Of a DNA stretch of 19,380 nucleotides, positions 16,810 through 19,380 are shown piece by piece; position 1 is the stretch's first letter; each line of letters starts with the position of its first letter. A program made the translations under genes and the position numbers. The notes below the pieces were generated by a model that was not told the DNA's origin, searched no databases, and saw only the letters and a list, made by a program, of their open reading frames with translations. The stretch covers positions 1 to 19,380 of the forward strand of contig JBHLNZ010000056.1 in NCBI GenBank assembly GCA_048941015.1, read 5' to 3'. The DNA comes from Promethearchaeota archaeon. GTDB lineage: Archaea; Asgardarchaeota; Lokiarchaeia; Sigyniarchaeales; SOKP01.

Positions 16810-16950
16810 ATAAGGCATAATAATTTATTATCTCCCTTTATTCACTCACTACGAGTCCACCATCTCCTATTATTTCCAATGATGGGGCTGTATTTCGTAG
16901 CAAATCCAACCTCTTGAGGAAGGATTCCTCTGCCATCGAGGGTTGTTGTG
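16810..16950 (-). ncRNA. Candidate TnpB omega-RNA (reRNA) scaffold overlapping the 3' end of tnpB
   Basis: Locally GC-richer nested stems: CTACGA(16849-54)/TCGTAG(16895-900), CCATC(16860-64)/GATGG(16881-85), CAACCTC(16907-13)/GAGGGTTG(16938-45), GAGGAA(16916-21)/TTCCTC(16925-30). TnpB guide RNAs are known to arise from this position. Confidence 0.6.
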
Positions 16951-18154
16951 ATAGGAAATCAAATTGGTGCTTCTGTTTTAAAAATCGCTCCAAAATATTT
17001 ACGGCTGAATTTAAATCCCTATCCATATGATTTCCACAATCACACTTGATAACACGCTCTGAAAGAGCTCTTTTTGTCCGCTTCCCGCATATGCAACATT
17101 GTTGGGAAGTATACGATTCATCAATTCTTATTACTCTCTTACCTATTTTTTTTGCTTTATAGGTTAAGAATTGAGAAAATCGTCCTAAACTACCGGTGTT
17201 CTGAATAGAATGATTTAAAGTTTTTCGAGCTTTATTATTTTGTCTGTTTCCTATTTCATTTTGTTTTTTTACCATCTTTTTTACATCTAAGTCTCCAATA
17301 ATGATGGTATTTGCCCGAGTATTCTTAATGATTTTATTTGAAATTTTATGTTGATAGTCTTGCATTTGGTTTTTACATTTTTTTTTAATCTTAAGGAGTT
17401 TCCTATTATAAAATATCCAGCGATGACTGCCTCTTTTACAATGATCCCGCTTAGATTGGATTTCCTTCATTATATTATTCCAATATAAATCCGATCTACT
17501 ATTCTTTACTTGAATAAACTTAAAACTTAAATTTACAGCTGAAACAAGATTAATAACTCCTAAATCGATAGCTTGATATAAACCATTATCTTTATAGGTT
17601 GGTGCTTCTAATTCAAATACGATACAAATAAACCATTTATTATCTTTCTCCTGCTTGATTTCTACTTGCTTAATTTTATCAAATCCTTCATAAAAACTTG
17701 GTATTATGAAATTTAAGTTTATATTAGATGGATGTTTATGAGAAAAGTATAGAACTCGCTTGTCAATTTTAAAGCCACTCTGATTGTAACAAAGAGTAAA
17801 AAAATATTTTTTCCCTTTGAAACGGGGAGGGTGAGCATTTTTTTCTCCTTTTTCAATTTGAATAAAAAATGATTTAAAGTTCTCATCTAATTTTTTTAAT
17901 ACTTGTTGGAGTACTTTGGAATAAACCCATCGATATTCGGGATATTTCTGTTTAATAATAGGAAGAATTTTACTTTGTTGTTGATATGTCAGATAATGTC
18001 TTTCTTTTCTTTCTAAATTTTTTTTAGCTATCCAATCTTGTTTACGCTCTTGGAGGGCAAAATTGTATAAGAGTCGACATTTTTCTGAAAGATCCCATAA
18101 AACTTGTTCCTGCTCTAAGGAAGGCCAAATTCGGATTTTTTGAGTTAATAACAT
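16838..18154 (-). CDS. tnpB: RNA-guided endonuclease TnpB (IS200/IS605 OrfB family)
   Basis: N-terminal KIRIWPS.EQ...CRLLYNFAL helix, PPRFK, RuvC-I AIDLG (D197), IIIGDL, IDESYTSQ, Zn finger CCICG...CDCG, and RuvC-III DRDLNSAVNI (D380). Confidence 0.93.
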   Translation of the reverse strand: MLLTQKIRIWPSLEQEQVLWDLSEKCRLLYNFALQERKQDWIAKKNLERKERHYLTYQQQSKILPIIKQKYPEYRWVYSKVLQQVLKKLDENFKSFFIQIEKGEKNAHPPRFKGKKYFFTLCYNQSGFKIDKRVLYFSHKHPSNINLNFIIPSFYEGFDKIKQVEIKQEKDNKWFICIVFELEAPTYKDNGLYQAIDLGVINLVSAVNLSFKFIQVKNSRSDLYWNNIMKEIQSKRDHCKRGSHRWIFYNRKLLKIKKKCKNQMQDYQHKISNKIIKNTRANTIIIGDLDVKKMVKKQNEIGNRQNNKARKTLNHSIQNTGSLGRFSQFLTYKAKKIGKRVIRIDESYTSQQCCICGKRTKRALSERVIKCDCGNHMDRDLNSAVNILERFLKQKHQFDFLSQQPSMAEESFLKRLDLLRNTAPSLEIIGDGGLVVSE

Positions 18155-18352
18155 AGATTGGTAATCAAATTAATACAACTTATTAGTATTAAAATTAAGA
18201 GAAATTTAATTATTAAAATGAAGAGAGGGTCCTAATTTTATAAGAATTATTAGTTTTTTTTTGCTCAAACATAAATATGACTTTTTTGATTATTTTTGTA
18301 CAAGGAAACTATTAATTTTCAATCGATAATTTTAGGTAGAAGTAATATTTAA

Positions 18353-19380
18353 ATGAGTATCTCAGAAGAAGAACAAAATTATCTTAATACTTTAGAGAAA
18401 TTAATCGGACACCCTATCCCCCAAGTTTTAGATCTCCAAAGTCACACTTATGGATACACTATAGCAGAAGGTCATGTTGAAGGTTTAGGTCTTTTTTCCT
18501 GTAAATTGACTTATTTTCCAGAAAAAATCAATAATTTGTCAAATTTAAAATATTTAATGGTTAGAGGTAACAGATTAAAAGTCATACCTGAAGAATTAAG
18601 TTTTATTTCATCATTAAAAGTATTAGATTTAAGTGAAAATAAATTAATTAAATTACCAAAAGCAGTTTATTCCCTTAAATCAATAAAGGAACTTCATTTA
18701 GAGTCAAATAGATTGACAATACTTTCAGATTCGATTGAATCTTTAAATTCTCTTAACTTATTGGATTTAAGTGAAAATAACTTAAAATCAATTCCTGATG
18801 CAATTGGAGCTCTAAAAAACCTAAAAACTCTTGATTTAAGTGGAAATGAACTTAGTGATCTTCCAGATTCAATAAAAAATCTCTCATCAGTAGAATTATT
18901 ATATTTAGGTAATAATAAATTAACAAGATTACCTGCTTCGATAGGAACCTTAAAAAATTTAAAAAGACTTAATATTAGAAATAACTATTTAAAGACATTA
19001 CCAGAAACCATAGGTGAATTATCTTCGTTATCTTCTCTTTTCTTAAGTCACAATAAATTAACTTTTCTTCCTGATTCAATTGGAAATTTGAAATCATTGA
19101 AATATTTAGGATTAACTGAGAATGAACTTTCCAGTTTACCTGAAGCAATCGGAGCACTGGAAATGCTCGAAAATCTAAGTTTATCTTCAAATAAATTAAC
19201 CAATCTTCCTTCTAGCATTGGTTCTTTGAATTATTTAATAAGGTTAGAATTATCTAATAATCAATTGAAAAACTTTCCTGAAGTTGAGAACTTAACATGT
19301 TTAAAAATTCTTAGATTGGATCGAAATAAATTAAATAAACTTCCAGTTTCAATTTCTAATATGAAATCACTTGAGAGCTT
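18353..19380 (+). CDS. Leucine-rich repeat protein (23-aa typical/bacterial LRRs), 3'-truncated by the window edge; absent from the ORF track
   Basis: Translated by hand from ATG 18353: MSISEEEQNYLNTLEKLIGHPIPQV...GHVEGLGLFSCKLTYFPEKINNLSNLKYLMVRGNRLKVIPEEL...LKTLDLSGNELSDLPDSIKNL...LPDSIGNLKSLKYLGL. No stop before 19380. Confidence 0.92.
   Translation, partial: MSISEEEQNYLNTLEKLIGHPIPQVLDLQSHTYGYTIAEGHVEGLGLFSCKLTYFPEKINNLSNLKYLMVRGNRLKVIPEELSFISSLKVLDLSENKLIKLPKAVYSLKSIKELHLESNRLTILSDSIESLNSLNLLDLSENNLKSIPDAIGALKNLKTLDLSGNELSDLPDSIKNLSSVELLYLGNNKLTRLPASIGTLKNLKRLNIRNNYLKTLPETIGELSSLSSLFLSHNKLTFLPDSIGNLKSLKYLGLTENELSSLPEAIGALEMLENLSLSSNKLTNLPSSIGSLNYLIRLELSNNQLKNFPEVENLTCLKILRLDRNKLNKLPVSISNMKSLES

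Larger units (their letters stand above)
16800..18200 (-). mobile_element. Solo-tnpB IS200/IS605-family (IS1341-like) element or remnant; boundaries approximate
   Basis: tnpB with no adjacent tnpA (Y1 or serine transposase) ORF. It lies opposite to its neighbours. The element ends could not be fixed by eye. Confidence 0.55.

Noticed and set aside
16838-18154. Cas12f/type V CRISPR effector or nuclease-dead TldR
   Set aside because: No repeat-spacer array or cas genes are seen. The missing canonical Glu is plausibly compensated by E346, and both Asp residues are intact.
14338-19190. ORFs 14338-14526, 16214-16399 and 18975-19190
   Set aside because: They are shadows of the ADH genes and of the unlisted LRR gene.

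Overview
AT-rich, gene-dense prokaryotic DNA that looks archaeal. Inference: probably an Asgard (Lokiarchaeia-like) archaeon, based on GGTGA-type Shine-Dalgarno motifs, TATA-like boxes, oligo-T terminators, a Vps29-like metallophosphoesterase, HEAT-LRR and LRR genes, and several SCP2-like genes. Contents from left to right: (1) the 3' part of a Vps29/YfcE-family gene and an SCP2-like gene; (2) a probable redox operon (about 1351-6754) with a VAO/PCMH-type flavoprotein, an HdrD/GlcF-like CCG Fe-S protein, a Cys-rich ferredoxin-domain protein, a ferredoxin, a degenerate PD-(D/E)XK-wHTH protein and a CooC-type ATPase; (3) a HEAT+LRR gene; (4) a candidate alcohol-to-aldehyde-to-acid-to-acyl-CoA cluster (8452-16734) with AOR, an acyl-CoA ligase, MoaD/SAMP, two SCP2-like genes and two Fe-alcohol dehydrogenases; (5) a solo tnpB with the rearranged, Fanzor-like RuvC-II site and a structured 3' end (candidate omega-RNA); (6) an LRR gene missed by the ORF track that runs off the right edge. 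All assignments come from reading motifs by eye; no searches were run.
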